DNA from: a virus
Taxonomy: Duplodnaviria > Heunggongvirae > Uroviricota > Caudoviricetes
Length of the DNA: 48,800 nt
Strand: one strand, 5' to 3'
Virus record (IMG/VR): IMGVR_UViG_3300045256_000127
In this document: piece after piece, positions 10,264 through 20,277 of the stretch
Position numbering within the stretch: position 1 is the stretch's first letter
Layout: each line of letters starts with the position of its first letter
Position numbers and translations under genes: made by a program
The notes under the pieces: generated by a model
Seen by the model: the letters and a program-made list of their open reading frames with translations, nothing else
Databases searched by the model: none
Told to the model about the DNA's origin: nothing

Positions 10264-10992
10264 ATGAAGACAGTTTGGAACCCGCTCGAATCGCCAGAGA
10301 AGCCGGAACTCACCATCGACCTGCAAGACGGCAGCACCGAACAGGTGTCGATCATCGTCCTGCACCACAACCGGCCCGAATTCTTGAACATGTGCTTGCA
10401 GTCGATCCACGTCATGTCGAACTGCAACAACTACGAAGTCGTCGTGGTTGACAACGCATCCACAGACCCGGACGCCCACGAATTCCTCGACGCCATCGAG
10501 AAGGAAGGCGTCAAGGTCGTCCGCAACAAGACCAACCTCTACTGGTCGGCCGGTGCCAACATCGGTGCCTCCGTGGCCGACAAGCTCTCCAAGTACCTCG
10601 TGTTCATGCACTGCGACACGGTTGTCCTCAACCAGTCGTGGCTCGACGTGATGATTAACGTCTCCGTCGCCAAGAACAGCGGCTTGGTCGGCAACCAGTT
10701 GTCCTCGTACTACGTCCACCGGCACAAGGCCGACTTCGTGCAGGAGTGGTGCATGCTGATGACCCGTGAGTGTTGGAACGACTGCGGCCCGTGGCCGGAG
10801 GAACTGCCGCTCATCGGCCACTCGTTCATCATGACCCTGAACGCACAAAACCGTGGGTACAAGCCCACGGCCTCGACGAACAACCTCGTCCACCACTACC
10901 GGGCGATCTCCTTCGACCCGAACGAGTTCGAGCGGATGAGTGAACAGGCTATGACGATCATTCCAAAGCTCATGCAGAAGGCACAAGCTTAA
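10264..10992 (+). CDS. glycosyltransferase family 2
   Basis: SIIVLHHN, EVVVVDNASTD and FMHCDT motifs. Confidence 0.85.
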   Translation: MKTVWNPLESPEKPELTIDLQDGSTEQVSIIVLHHNRPEFLNMCLQSIHVMSNCNNYEVVVVDNASTDPDAHEFLDAIEKEGVKVVRNKTNLYWSAGANIGASVADKLSKYLVFMHCDTVVLNQSWLDVMINVSVAKNSGLVGNQLSSYYVHRHKADFVQEWCMLMTRECWNDCGPWPEELPLIGHSFIMTLNAQNRGYKPTASTNNLVHHYRAISFDPNEFERMSEQAMTIIPKLMQKAQA

Positions 10993-11423
10993 GACGGCAA
11001 GTTCTCAATGAACTTGTTCCAGGCCGGGCAGTCGTGAACGACGACCCGATTCTTGACGTAGTAGTTGGCGTAGGCCATGCAAAACAGTTCCTCCGGGGAC
11101 TGTTTTTGTCGTTTAGGGTTCATCGGGACGACCTTAGCCCACGCCTTCTTGTAGTTGTCAGGCAGCCGTTCCCAAACCCGGTGGCCGATCTCGTGCAGGA
11201 TGGTGAACTCCCGGCCGTAGTTCCACGGGGCGGCGACGGCGATCTCCTTCCCCTTCTCGTCCATGTAGCCGACGTGTTCGTCATCCCCGTCCAGGGTGTT
11301 GCCGGGCTGGAACTTGAAGTCAAATCCCTTGACGAGCGCACGGTGCGACGGCGGCAGCTTCCCCAGCATTTGCTGGAGGTTCTTCGTCTCTTCGTTCTCT
11401 AGGAATGTGCGGAAGGTTAACAT
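10989..11423 (-). CDS. putative zinc metallopeptidase (HEIGH) with internal-protein-like N-terminus
   Basis: ILHEIGH plus downstream EELFCMAY; starts MLTFRTFLENEE; TAGATA 7 nt upstream. Confidence 0.6.
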   Translation of the reverse strand: MLTFRTFLENEETKNLQQMLGKLPPSHRALVKGFDFKFQPGNTLDGDDEHVGYMDEKGKEIAVAAPWNYGREFTILHEIGHRVWERLPDNYKKAWAKVVPMNPKRQKQSPEELFCMAYANYYVKNRVVVHDCPAWNKFIENLPS

Positions 11424-11469
11424 CTTCCAGTATCTATCTTTCAATAATCGAATTCCGGTAGTATAATAG

Positions 11470-11713
11470 GGCGTCCCCTCGCAAGAGGGGCACAAGTGGA
11501 TGTACCGTTATTGAACCAGATTGGAGGCGGGAAACTTTCCACACGAGGCGATCCGGTCGAACGTCACCGCCGGGTTGGTTCCCAGAACCCAAGCTTGGTA
11601 CTCGTGAGGACATTGTGGCGACCTGCGGAAATAAGTCGGTCTTGTCCCCGATGGGTGGTCGTCGGGAAGCAAAGTCGGCCGGATGTCGAATCTGCGGTAC
11701 ACCAAATCCACCT
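11470..11713 (+). ncRNA. candidate structured ncRNA or long 5' leader of phoH
   Basis: TATAAT at 11462-11467. Nested long-range helices 11496-11507/11695-11711, 11517-11522/11689-11694 and 11553-11560/11675-11682, plus internal hairpins. Confidence 0.55.
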
Positions 11714-11756
11714 GTTAATAGCTATAGATACGGGCATAACACCATCGAGGAGTTAC

Positions 11757-12545
11757 ATGCCAAAGAAGAAGACGGTAGCAAATCAACCTCCGAAGCAACA
11801 CGGTAAGGATTTCCACATCGAGTTGCTAAACGGTGCCCAGAAACTTGCCTGGGCGGCTTTCCAACAGCACGACGTTCTGTTCCTGATTGGCCCGGCCGGT
11901 TGCGGTAAGACTTTCCTGTCCTGTGCATTCGCAGTTAAGGAACTGCTCTCCAAGTCCAAGTCTAAGATCGTACTCACCCGCCCGATTGTCGAAGCCGGTG
12001 AATCCCTCGGTTATCTTCCGGGTGACTTCTACGAGAAGGTCAACCCCTACATGATGCCGATGTACGACTGCCTGGACAAGCTGGTGGGCCGGGAAGGCAC
12101 TCCCCTCCGGGAGAAGATCATGAACGACATCGAGATCGCTCCTCTAGCATTCATGCGTGGTAGAACGTTTGACGATGCCGTGTGCTTGCTGGACGAGGCT
12201 CAGAACTGCTCCATGCAACAACTCAAGCTGTTCATGACCCGGTTTGGCGAGAACTCCAAGATCATCATCACCGGCGACCCGAACCAGTCGGACCTTCGGG
12301 GCAACGTCGCCCTGATCCAAGCGGTGCGTAAACTCCGTGGCGTGAGCGGAATCGGCGTCGTGGAGTTCAAGAACAACTCCATCGTGCGTCACCCGCTGGT
12401 CGGATCGATCCTCGACGCCCTGGCCGAAGAAGGCGAAGTCAACCACTCCTACACCCCGGTACTGGAAGACACGGCTGAAGAGGCCGACGAGGACGACGGC
12501 GACGTGCCGAGCTACTACCCGAAGCGGCTGCGGGACATCGACTAA
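11757..12545 (+). CDS. phoH: PhoH family ATPase
   Basis: GPAGCGKT Walker A, LTRPIVEAGESLGYLPG, APLAFMRGRTF and LDEAQN; GAGGAG RBS. Confidence 0.95.
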   Translation: MPKKKTVANQPPKQHGKDFHIELLNGAQKLAWAAFQQHDVLFLIGPAGCGKTFLSCAFAVKELLSKSKSKIVLTRPIVEAGESLGYLPGDFYEKVNPYMMPMYDCLDKLVGREGTPLREKIMNDIEIAPLAFMRGRTFDDAVCLLDEAQNCSMQQLKLFMTRFGENSKIIITGDPNQSDLRGNVALIQAVRKLRGVSGIGVVEFKNNSIVRHPLVGSILDALAEEGEVNHSYTPVLEDTAEEADEDDGDVPSYYPKRLRDID

Positions 12546-12551
12546 ATGAAG

Positions 12552-12577
12552 AAGCCCAGGGGCAACCCTGGGCTTTT
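12552..12577. terminator. bidirectional intrinsic terminator
   Basis: AAGCCCAGGG-GCAA-CCCTGGGCTT-TT between convergent genes. Confidence 0.85.
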
Positions 12578-12578
12578 G

Positions 12579-13286
12579 TCATGACCAGTAGACGTAGATC
12601 ATGGGCCTGAGTTGTGTCCACACGCTCGGGTCCGTGAACGCATTCCCCCACTCACAGAGCAGCCGGACGCACTCCGGCACGATGGGGGCAATGTTCTCTT
12701 TTAGCTCTTTCCAGGTATCCGAGCCGTGGTGCCGGGCCACGATGTTCAGTTCCTCTTCGTCGAAGAACTTCTCACTGTACTTGTGTTCCATGATCTCCCA
12801 CGGAACCCGCTTGAACGTCCGTTGGTCCCAATACTGGTGGTTCCAGGGGTGGAAGCCCTCCGGGATCGGACGGACGTGGTTAATGCACTGGTAGTCCTTC
12901 TCCACCCGGCCCCGGTTCGACTCCTCGGCGTAGTCGATGGCGTCGTTGTACCGGAACCACTCGTTCTGATGCGAGAGCGGCACGACGACCAGAACGTTGT
13001 TCAACCCGTACTCGCCGTCGTAGACGAAACTGCGGCGGGGGTCGAGCCGAACCCTCATCTTCTTCAGGTCACGCAGGTGGGCGAACTCGAACGACGCCTC
13101 GAAGCCGTGTTCCTTATTCTTCCGCCGCCCCTGCCGCAAGAACTTCATGAAGTCCTCGACCTTGTACTCTCGCTCCTGCTCACAGAAAATACCCTCGGGG
13201 TTGATCCGAGGGTCGGCGATGTTGTACTTGTCGGACTTCACGTCTGTCAGGCCGTAGCCCATCAATTTGTGAACTCGAATGCCCAT
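12579..13286 (-). CDS. hypothetical protein
   Basis: 235 aa ORF in the minus-strand block. Confidence 0.7.
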   Translation of the reverse strand: MGIRVHKLMGYGLTDVKSDKYNIADPRINPEGIFCEQEREYKVEDFMKFLRQGRRKNKEHGFEASFEFAHLRDLKKMRVRLDPRRSFVYDGEYGLNNVLVVVPLSHQNEWFRYNDAIDYAEESNRGRVEKDYQCINHVRPIPEGFHPWNHQYWDQRTFKRVPWEIMEHKYSEKFFDEEELNIVARHHGSDTWKELKENIAPIVPECVRLLCEWGNAFTDPSVWTQLRPMIYVYWS

Positions 13287-13660
13287 TACTTCCTCGGGTC
13301 TGGAGTACCGAACGGTTCCTGAGAGAGCATGACGGTGTTGCCGGTCGGAAACACGACCGACACCTTGTACTGCTGGAATTCCTTGAGGTAGATTTCGGCC
13401 AGCTTCAGGGCGTGGTTGCCGATCACTTCCGGGGTGGACGGGAAACGAGGGTAGTTAATCAACCCAACCGCCACGCCCGACTCGTTTCCGCCATTGTATA
13501 CGAACGTCGTCGGCGTGAGCGTCACGCAGAGCTTGTGTTCGTCGCAATACTTCTGGGCGATCTGCTGGGCGTCTTCGAGCGTGTAGTAGTCCTCCGTGCC
13601 CCGCACTTCCAGCCCGACCCAAATGGTAGCGGTGAATGTCTGAACTTCCTTGACTTCCAT
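13286..13660 (-). CDS. conserved phage-type hypothetical protein (LCVTLTPT...GLINYPRFP)
   Basis: ATG at 13660 after GGAGGG. Confidence 0.7.
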   Translation of the reverse strand: MEVKEVQTFTATIWVGLEVRGTEDYYTLEDAQQIAQKYCDEHKLCVTLTPTTFVYNGGNESGVAVGLINYPRFPSTPEVIGNHALKLAEIYLKEFQQYKVSVVFPTGNTVMLSQEPFGTPDPRK

Positions 13661-13661
13661 G

Positions 13662-14057
13662 TCACCCTCCTGCGAGTTTAATGAGGGCAGCGGCACGCTT
13701 GCTCGGCTTGGTGTAGCCGTTCATGAAGCCTGCCTTCTTACCCAGGTGGTATGGAGGGGTTTCGTCGTACTGGTCGAACGTGGCGTCTAGGATCACGCCA
13801 GCGTCGTTGATGAGCCACCAGTGGGTTTCGTCGCCGTCCTTGAGGTAGACGGGCTTGAAGCCGCTCTTGAGGCCACCGATCATGTGGAACAACGCCTCGG
13901 TGGCGATGTAGCAGAATCCGGTGGATGGTGTAGACGAAGATTCGTTCTGCGCCCGCCAGTACGGAGTCAGCAGACCCCGTGCCTTGACGAACGCAGAACG
14001 AATGCGAACAACAGCAGAAATGGCATCCATGCCAAATTGCCCCTCCGTGGTAGACAT
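13662..14057 (-). CDS. hypothetical protein
   Basis: ORF track. Confidence 0.65.
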   Translation of the reverse strand: MSTTEGQFGMDAISAVVRIRSAFVKARGLLTPYWRAQNESSSTPSTGFCYIATEALFHMIGGLKSGFKPVYLKDGDETHWWLINDAGVILDATFDQYDETPPYHLGKKAGFMNGYTKPSKRAAALIKLAGG

Positions 14058-14075
14058 TTTCTACCACAACGAGGG

Positions 14076-15293
14076 TTATGTGTCAATGATGGCCTCGGTC
14101 CCCTCAAGGTCGTGGGCCGTCTGCTGGAGCATGTCCACGATCTCCTCGTAGATGTCGTGCGTCACCATCCCGCCCATCACGTTGTTGTGGACGGTGGTGC
14201 GGATGTTCTCGATGATCTGCTCCATGTGAGTCAGAAGGGCGTCCACAGAGGAAGTATCGGATTGAAGAAAGCAGTCGTCGTCACCGCACGTCGGCCTCAC
14301 CGCCTTCCTCGGCCCGTAGGGGCCGTAGTTCTCTTTCGGAACAAGACTCGTGACTTCGGGTTTCTTCTTCGGTTTCTGAACCTTCGGCTTTCTGATGGAA
14401 AGCGGGTTGTCGTTGGCGTCCATCGCCGTCACCACCGGAACTTTCACTTCGGCGGCGGGAATCTTCTCCGACACGCCCGACGGCAGCGGTTGGAACTCGT
14501 TGATCTTCACCCGGAATCGCTTGCACTGCTTCGGCGACATGCGGGGCTGTTCGGCCGTCGTTTCGAAGAACCAAATCTCCTGCACGGGAATCTCCGTGAG
14601 CTTCTGGCTCATGAGCATGTTGCGGTGCTTCGGCAAGTCCTTTACGGCGGCGTACCAAATCTCCGTGGACGAGAAGAAGAACATCTGCCCGAGCAGGTCC
14701 GTCAGGTCGGCCATCCACAACGGCCGCTTATCGTTCCGGGTCAGGTACAGCCTGCGGCCCTGCCCGACCCGTCGGCCCGTGGCGACGGCCATGTGGCCCC
14801 GTGCGACCACCGACCAGATGTTCTTCAAGCCTTCGATGATCTGGTCCCCGTCCACTTCCTTCGACGACTCGATGATCCTCAGTAAAACCTCCGAGTCCGT
14901 GTCCGACTTGATCTCGTAGCGGTTCTTTAGGAACTCGAACTCGTAGATGTTGCCGTTGTGGATCAGGCCGATCTCTTTGTCTTCGGTGACGAACGGGTGG
15001 TTGTTCTTGTTGACGGCGGCGTGACCGACGCCCGGAGACGTGGCACGGGCGTGCATCAAGAGCAGGTCCGGGTTGTACTTCTCGATGTTCTTCCAGAAGT
15101 CCGTTTCGATGAACTCGGACGACTTCCCCGGCTCTTTGTGGTAGAGGATAGAACCAGTCGAGCCTGATTCAACCCCCCAGACCCCGGCGGCATCAATGCC
15201 CCGTGTTTCCAGGTGGTTGAACAGGCTCGTGGCGAGGTTGTATGTTAGCTTTGGGTCTTTAGACAGACCGATAAATCCGCTGATTCCGCACAT
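14076..15293 (-). CDS. class II (Ntn) glutamine amidotransferase domain protein
   Basis: N-terminal MCGI, RGIDAAG, HARATS, NNHPF, HNGNI and TDSEVL. Confidence 0.9.
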   Translation of the reverse strand: MCGISGFIGLSKDPKLTYNLATSLFNHLETRGIDAAGVWGVESGSTGSILYHKEPGKSSEFIETDFWKNIEKYNPDLLLMHARATSPGVGHAAVNKNNHPFVTEDKEIGLIHNGNIYEFEFLKNRYEIKSDTDSEVLLRIIESSKEVDGDQIIEGLKNIWSVVARGHMAVATGRRVGQGRRLYLTRNDKRPLWMADLTDLLGQMFFFSSTEIWYAAVKDLPKHRNMLMSQKLTEIPVQEIWFFETTAEQPRMSPKQCKRFRVKINEFQPLPSGVSEKIPAAEVKVPVVTAMDANDNPLSIRKPKVQKPKKKPEVTSLVPKENYGPYGPRKAVRPTCGDDDCFLQSDTSSVDALLTHMEQIIENIRTTVHNNVMGGMVTHDIYEEIVDMLQQTAHDLEGTEAIIDT

Positions 15294-15328
15294 GTGTTAA
15301 TGATAGAGTAATCCGTCTTGGAGATCAA

Positions 15329-15814
15329 TCACATTTGCGGCGGTTGACCCGGCAGAGCGGCCGGTTGTTGACCCTGCGGCGGCGTCTGGCCCGGCGGCGG
15401 GGTCGGGGGTGGCGTCTCGGGCATTGCCGCCTGATCGACTTCCTGGCCTGCGTCCTGCGGGGCGGCGTTGAGGTTGTTCACCTTGCCGCCGATCTTACCG
15501 GCCAACTGTTCGAGCGACTGCACGAGGTTGGGGATGTCGTCCTTGAGGGTGTTCTTCTCCTCGACGGACTTCATCAGTGCAACCCCGATCTTCTGGAGTT
15601 CGATCAGGTGCCCACGCACCTTCGGCGACCACGAACTGTGAAGAATCTTGCGGATGGCGTCCACAATGTCTTCGGCCACTTTGGCGATGTGACGAAGCCC
15701 CATGCCGTCCATGTCGGTCTGAAGGTCTTGCATGGACGTAAGAACGTCACCGATCTGGTGGTTCAGATAGGCTTTGTCCTCGTTCAGTAAGAATTCCTTG
15801 AAGCTCAATGGCAT
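15329..15814 (-). CDS. hypothetical protein with internal-protein-like N-terminus (MPLSFKEFLLNED) and P/Q-rich tail
   Basis: ORF track; TATATA 5 nt upstream. Confidence 0.7.
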   Translation of the reverse strand: MPLSFKEFLLNEDKAYLNHQIGDVLTSMQDLQTDMDGMGLRHIAKVAEDIVDAIRKILHSSWSPKVRGHLIELQKIGVALMKSVEEKNTLKDDIPNLVQSLEQLAGKIGGKVNNLNAAPQDAGQEVDQAAMPETPPPTPPPGQTPPQGQQPAALPGQPPQM

Positions 15815-15844
15815 ACCAGTATATAAATGCCCGCCGCCAGTTTA

Positions 15845-17491
15845 TTAGGCAACGGGAGTCCCTTTACTTTCTCTGGCGTTTTTATACACCAGTGCCGCCT
15901 GGATCAGCCCGTCAAACAAAGGTGACGGTTCGCCCAGCCGACTCTTAAATTCCGGGTGTGCTTGAGTTCCGACGAAGAACGGGTGCTGTTTGCGATCCAG
16001 TTCCATCATTTCGACGAGCTTGCTTTCCGGGTTCCTGCCGCTGACCTTGAAGCCCCGAGCCTCAAAGTCCTTAACGTATTTATCATTCACTTCGTAGCGA
16101 TGGCGGTGCCTTTCGCTGATATTCTTCTTTTTGTACAACTGGTGAACGAGGGAGTCCTTCTCCAATTCGCACTCGTAAGCCCCGAGCCGCATCGTCCCCG
16201 CCTTCTTGGTGATATTCTCCTGCCCGGCGATGTAGTGAACGACCTTGTGTTCGGCGTCCTTGTTGAACTCCTCGCTGGTGGCGTTCGGGAGCTTCAGGAC
16301 GTTCCGGGCGAATTCGATGGTGGCGCACTGGAGTCCCAGGCAGATGCCGAGGAACGGGATTTTCTTCTCCCGGACGTAGTTGACCGCCTTCAGCTTCCCC
16401 TCGACGCCCCGCTTGTCGAAGCCGCCCGGCACGATCACGCCGTCGCAGTCGTCGAAGTACCGCCACAGGCCACGCCCGTCCTTCGCCTCTTCCATCTGCT
16501 CGGCCTTCATCCAGGCGATCTCGACCTTTGCGTTGTTGGCGATCCCGGCGTGCATCAAAGCCTCTTTCAGCGACATGTAAGCCTCGTCGCCGTTCTCGTA
16601 CTTGCCGACGACGCCGATCTTCACCTTCGGGAGATCGTGCCCGTTGGTGTACATCTCGACCAGTTCCTTGTACTTGTGGATGCGGCAGCCGTTCCGCCGC
16701 AGGTGGAACTTGTCGGCGATCACGTCGTCGATGTGCCGGTTCCAATACTCAATCGGAACCTCGTAGATCGTGCTGACGGTGGGTGCCTCGAACACACACG
16801 CCCGGTTCACGTTGGTCAACCGGGACACCTTGTCGAGTAGCTGCGGGGACACGGGGCGGCTGCACCGGCACAGAAGCATCTCCGGCTGGAGGCCGAAGCT
16901 CTGGAGGGTCTTCACTGAGTTTTGCAGCGGCTTGGTCTTGAGTTCCTTAACCGTGTCGTCCCAGATGATCGGGGCGACCATCAGGATCATGACTTGGTTC
17001 GGGTAGGTCTGCTTGAACTGGCGGATCGCCTCGAAGAAGCACATGGACTCGATGTCGCCGACGGTGCCGCCGATCTCGGCGATGACGATATCCGCCTCCT
17101 CGCCGAGCTTCAGCAGGCGTTGCTGAATCATGTCGGTGACGTGTGGGATGATCTGAACAGTCTGGCCCAGGTAGCTGCCCTGTTCCTCTTGCTCGATGAG
17201 TTCCTTGTAGAGCGTGCCGCTGGTGAAGATGTTGCGGCCCGACATCTCGATGCCGGTGATCCGCTCGTAGTGGCCCAGGTCGAGATCGGTTTCACTGCCG
17301 TCGTTGCAGAGGAACACTTCCCCGTGTTGGTTGGGATTCATCGTCCCAGCGTTGATGTTCAAGTAGGGATCGCACTTGATGAGTTGGACGCTCGCCCCTC
17401 GCATTTTGAGGAGCAGCCCGATGGATGCCGCCCCGATCCCTTTACCCGTTCCGCTGTAGACGCCGCCGACGACAATGATAAAGTTTCCCAC
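15845..17491 (-). CDS. pyrG: CTP synthase
   Basis: GGVYSGTGKG, DPYLNINAGTMNPNQHGEVF, GICLGLQ, RHRHRYEVN and QAHPEFKSR. Confidence 0.97.
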   Translation of the reverse strand: MGNFIIVVGGVYSGTGKGIGAASIGLLLKMRGASVQLIKCDPYLNINAGTMNPNQHGEVFLCNDGSETDLDLGHYERITGIEMSGRNIFTSGTLYKELIEQEEQGSYLGQTVQIIPHVTDMIQQRLLKLGEEADIVIAEIGGTVGDIESMCFFEAIRQFKQTYPNQVMILMVAPIIWDDTVKELKTKPLQNSVKTLQSFGLQPEMLLCRCSRPVSPQLLDKVSRLTNVNRACVFEAPTVSTIYEVPIEYWNRHIDDVIADKFHLRRNGCRIHKYKELVEMYTNGHDLPKVKIGVVGKYENGDEAYMSLKEALMHAGIANNAKVEIAWMKAEQMEEAKDGRGLWRYFDDCDGVIVPGGFDKRGVEGKLKAVNYVREKKIPFLGICLGLQCATIEFARNVLKLPNATSEEFNKDAEHKVVHYIAGQENITKKAGTMRLGAYECELEKDSLVHQLYKKKNISERHRHRYEVNDKYVKDFEARGFKVSGRNPESKLVEMMELDRKQHPFFVGTQAHPEFKSRLGEPSPLFDGLIQAALVYKNARESKGTPVA

Positions 17492-17516
17492 GCTTCACTT
17501 CCTTTCCTTTCTTTAT

Positions 17517-17849
17517 TTACTCTTCTTCTTCGTTGTTTCTCGGGGCAGTCGGGATTTGACCCCGCTGAACCACCCACACGCCCTGCTGGGGCTGGTTATT
17601 AGGCAGCTTCCGACCGGCCGGAACGGCAGTGCGGATCACGAAAATGATCCAGTACACCGCACACCACGACAGAAAGTCCAACGGGATGTTCAGGTTGAAC
17701 AGGTAGTTCAGGCTCTCGATGGTCAGGATCGGCGAGCCGATCAAAAGTAATAGAGCCAGGAAGGCCAGAAAGAAGAACCCCCTGGCCTCATCTTTTCGGC
17801 CGTCCTTCCACCAGTAGATGCCTTCTTGCAGGAATTCTAGGAACAGCAT
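17517..17849 (-). CDS. hypothetical membrane protein
   Basis: Two hydrophobic segments; AAGGAG RBS. Confidence 0.65.
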   Translation of the reverse strand: MLFLEFLQEGIYWWKDGRKDEARGFFFLAFLALLLLIGSPILTIESLNYLFNLNIPLDFLSWCAVYWIIFVIRTAVPAGRKLPNNQPQQGVWVVQRGQIPTAPRNNEEEE

Positions 17850-17933
17850 CGGTTCTCCTTGTTAGGCGACACGGTACTGTAACATAAAGAAAGAAGTCGG
17901 GCAATGCCCGACTTCTTCACGATTTTAGCACTT

Positions 17934-20174
17934 TTAGCGGAGTTCGCAGGCACCACCGTAGCACCCGCCCTCTTGCTGGAGGTTGGTGTTGTCTTCCTCT
18001 TCGATGAGGGTGGTGTAGTCCACGTCAACGTAGTCCCGCTTCAACTGGCACCACAGGTGCCACAGGTACACGTCCTTGACACAGTATCCCATCTTCCGCT
18101 CGTCGCCGCCGAAATACCGGACGGCGAACTGCTTGGCCCGGCGGACCCAATCCTGCTTCTCCAGGTAGTCGTTGTGGGCCAACTCGTAGTTCAGGTAGTC
18201 CTCACGGGGCGACCCATCAACCGGCATGGTCGGTTCCGTAAGTTTCTCACCCAAACCGGCAACCGTGTCGCAGGCTTTCCACAGGTTCTTGTCGAACGCA
18301 CGCAGGCCGTCCACGATCAGGCCCGAGGCGAACAACGCCCCGTCGCCGTACATGTTCACGATCTCCCGTGGGGTGTGAACGGCGGTGAACGGAGCCTGCG
18401 GGTAGTCCTTGTCGCCGGAGAACGGCAGCAGGGACACGCCAGCGAAATACTGCCGGTTGTCGTAGATGAAGGCGGCAACGGCGTCCCACTCGTCGTCCTT
18501 CACGGTGATCGTGTTGGAAACGTTGTGCGACAGGAAGTCCTTCACGCAGCGATCCTTCCGGCAACCAGCATCGACCCAATTCATCTGGGTCAGCTTGACG
18601 TGTTCCAGAAGGGTCACGGCGTCCATCTGGTTCTTCGTCTTTGCCCCGGCCGGGACTTCGACGCAGAACTTGATGACCTTATCCGTGCCGTTCGCACTCC
18701 ACACCGACTTCTCGACCGCACTCGGGTTGTACTTATTGAAGTGCTGCACCGGGGCTTCGAGGTAGTTCCCCTGCACGAGCCGGAAGTACCGGGTGGCGTG
18801 GTGCGGGTGGATGCCGGAAGCCGTGCCGAGGAAGCACGAAGTCGTACCGGCGGGCTTGATGCAGGTCGCCCGAGCCGTCGGGTTGATGCCGATCTTGGCG
18901 GCGCACTTCTCATTCACTGCGAGAATGAGTTCGGCCATCTCCCGCTGGATGTCCGGGTTGAACAGGATGTCCGGGTTGTCCATCATGCCTGTGATGGAAA
19001 CGCCCAGCAACGCCTCCCGCTCGATGATCCGCTTGGTGGCGGCGTCGAGGTAGTGGAAGTCCGTGTAGCCCGCCTGTGCGGTGCCGATGATCGCCGCTGC
19101 CGTGGCAGCGATCTTGAAGTCTTCAATCGTGCGAATCTTGCCGCCGTTGATCTCGCACAGGTTGCATACCTGCCAGCCGGTGATGCCGGTTTCTACGTCA
19201 ACCGGGTACAGGCCGATCTCACAGCACGGGTTGAAGACGATCTCGGTGCTGTCCGCCCACACGAAGCCCGGCTCGCCGAACTGGCGGACGAACGCCATCA
19301 GCGTGTTGAACTCCTCACGGGTCGTCTGACCACGGATGAGCAACGCCGAGTTGTTCGACCGGCCACGCTGCGGGTTCTCAGTGAACCAGTTGCCCGTCTT
19401 GGCGGCAGCCATCTCCAGGTCGTCCGGGCTGAATAGGCAGATCGTCGCACTGCGGCGAACGCCACCGCTCAGCACGGCGTCGGACGAGAACATCACGATG
19501 TCGTATGCGTCAATCGGCCGCAGCTTCTTCTGGCCGTTGGCAACGCAGCGGTTCAGTAACTTACGGATCGCTTCCATCGCATTACGCAACGGAATCGGAC
19601 CCGGAGCCTTGCCCGAGGACGACGACAGCGGTGCGCCTTCCAGGCGAATCTCCGTGTAGTCGAACTGAACGTCGTAGCCTGCGTACTCCGGGAAGTCGCC
19701 CCCGCCGAAGTAGCTGCTCATCAGGACGCCGAGTGCGTCCGCCCAGCCCTCGATGGTATCGGGGATGACGTACTTCTTCTTCTCGCCCTTGCGAGCCACG
19801 AACTCCGGCAGTTGTGCAACGTGGTGCTTCTGCACAGAGAAGCCGGTGCCGCAGCCGCACAACAAGAGCCAGAAGCACTCTTGGAAGAAGCGGAGGCGGT
19901 TGCAGTGGGACGCCGTGCAGTTGTACAACCGGGCGTGCTTACGCAACACCGGCTCGCCGCCGAATTGCAGTGCCCGCTGGCTGCCTAATACCCGCTTCGC
20001 CCGTACTTGCTCGAACGCCCAGGTCAGTTCTTCCTTCAGTTGCGGGTAGCGGGAAAGGTGCATGTCCCGGACCCGATCTACCGCCTCATCCCATGTTTCC
20101 CGCCGCTTCTTATCCTTCAAGTATCTCGCATACTTCGAGACGAACGTGTACTCCTGTAACGCTTTCAAAGACAT
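17934..20174 (-). CDS. nrdJ: class II (adenosylcobalamin-dependent) ribonucleotide reductase, monomeric type
   Basis: SGGVRRSA, NPCCEI, CNLCEIN, TCIKPAGTTS and C-terminal CxxxxC (CYGGAC); no radical-subunit gene adjacent. Confidence 0.9.
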   Translation of the reverse strand: MSLKALQEYTFVSKYARYLKDKKRRETWDEAVDRVRDMHLSRYPQLKEELTWAFEQVRAKRVLGSQRALQFGGEPVLRKHARLYNCTASHCNRLRFFQECFWLLLCGCGTGFSVQKHHVAQLPEFVARKGEKKKYVIPDTIEGWADALGVLMSSYFGGGDFPEYAGYDVQFDYTEIRLEGAPLSSSSGKAPGPIPLRNAMEAIRKLLNRCVANGQKKLRPIDAYDIVMFSSDAVLSGGVRRSATICLFSPDDLEMAAAKTGNWFTENPQRGRSNNSALLIRGQTTREEFNTLMAFVRQFGEPGFVWADSTEIVFNPCCEIGLYPVDVETGITGWQVCNLCEINGGKIRTIEDFKIAATAAAIIGTAQAGYTDFHYLDAATKRIIEREALLGVSITGMMDNPDILFNPDIQREMAELILAVNEKCAAKIGINPTARATCIKPAGTTSCFLGTASGIHPHHATRYFRLVQGNYLEAPVQHFNKYNPSAVEKSVWSANGTDKVIKFCVEVPAGAKTKNQMDAVTLLEHVKLTQMNWVDAGCRKDRCVKDFLSHNVSNTITVKDDEWDAVAAFIYDNRQYFAGVSLLPFSGDKDYPQAPFTAVHTPREIVNMYGDGALFASGLIVDGLRAFDKNLWKACDTVAGLGEKLTEPTMPVDGSPREDYLNYELAHNDYLEKQDWVRRAKQFAVRYFGGDERKMGYCVKDVYLWHLWCQLKRDYVDVDYTTLIEEEDNTNLQQEGGCYGGACELR

Positions 20175-20277
20175 ATCTCATACTCCATCTGATTTTTTAG
20201 GTTCCGTATCTAACGCTATGAAGACGATTTCGCCAGCTTCTTTTCAGAAGCGACGGAAACCCTGTCTCCACAAGCAG

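Noticed and set aside
17517-17849. MLFLEFLQE as an eighth capsid-targeting motif
   Set aside because: It is a membrane protein with a normal SD and no nearby TANATA; the match is probably coincidental.
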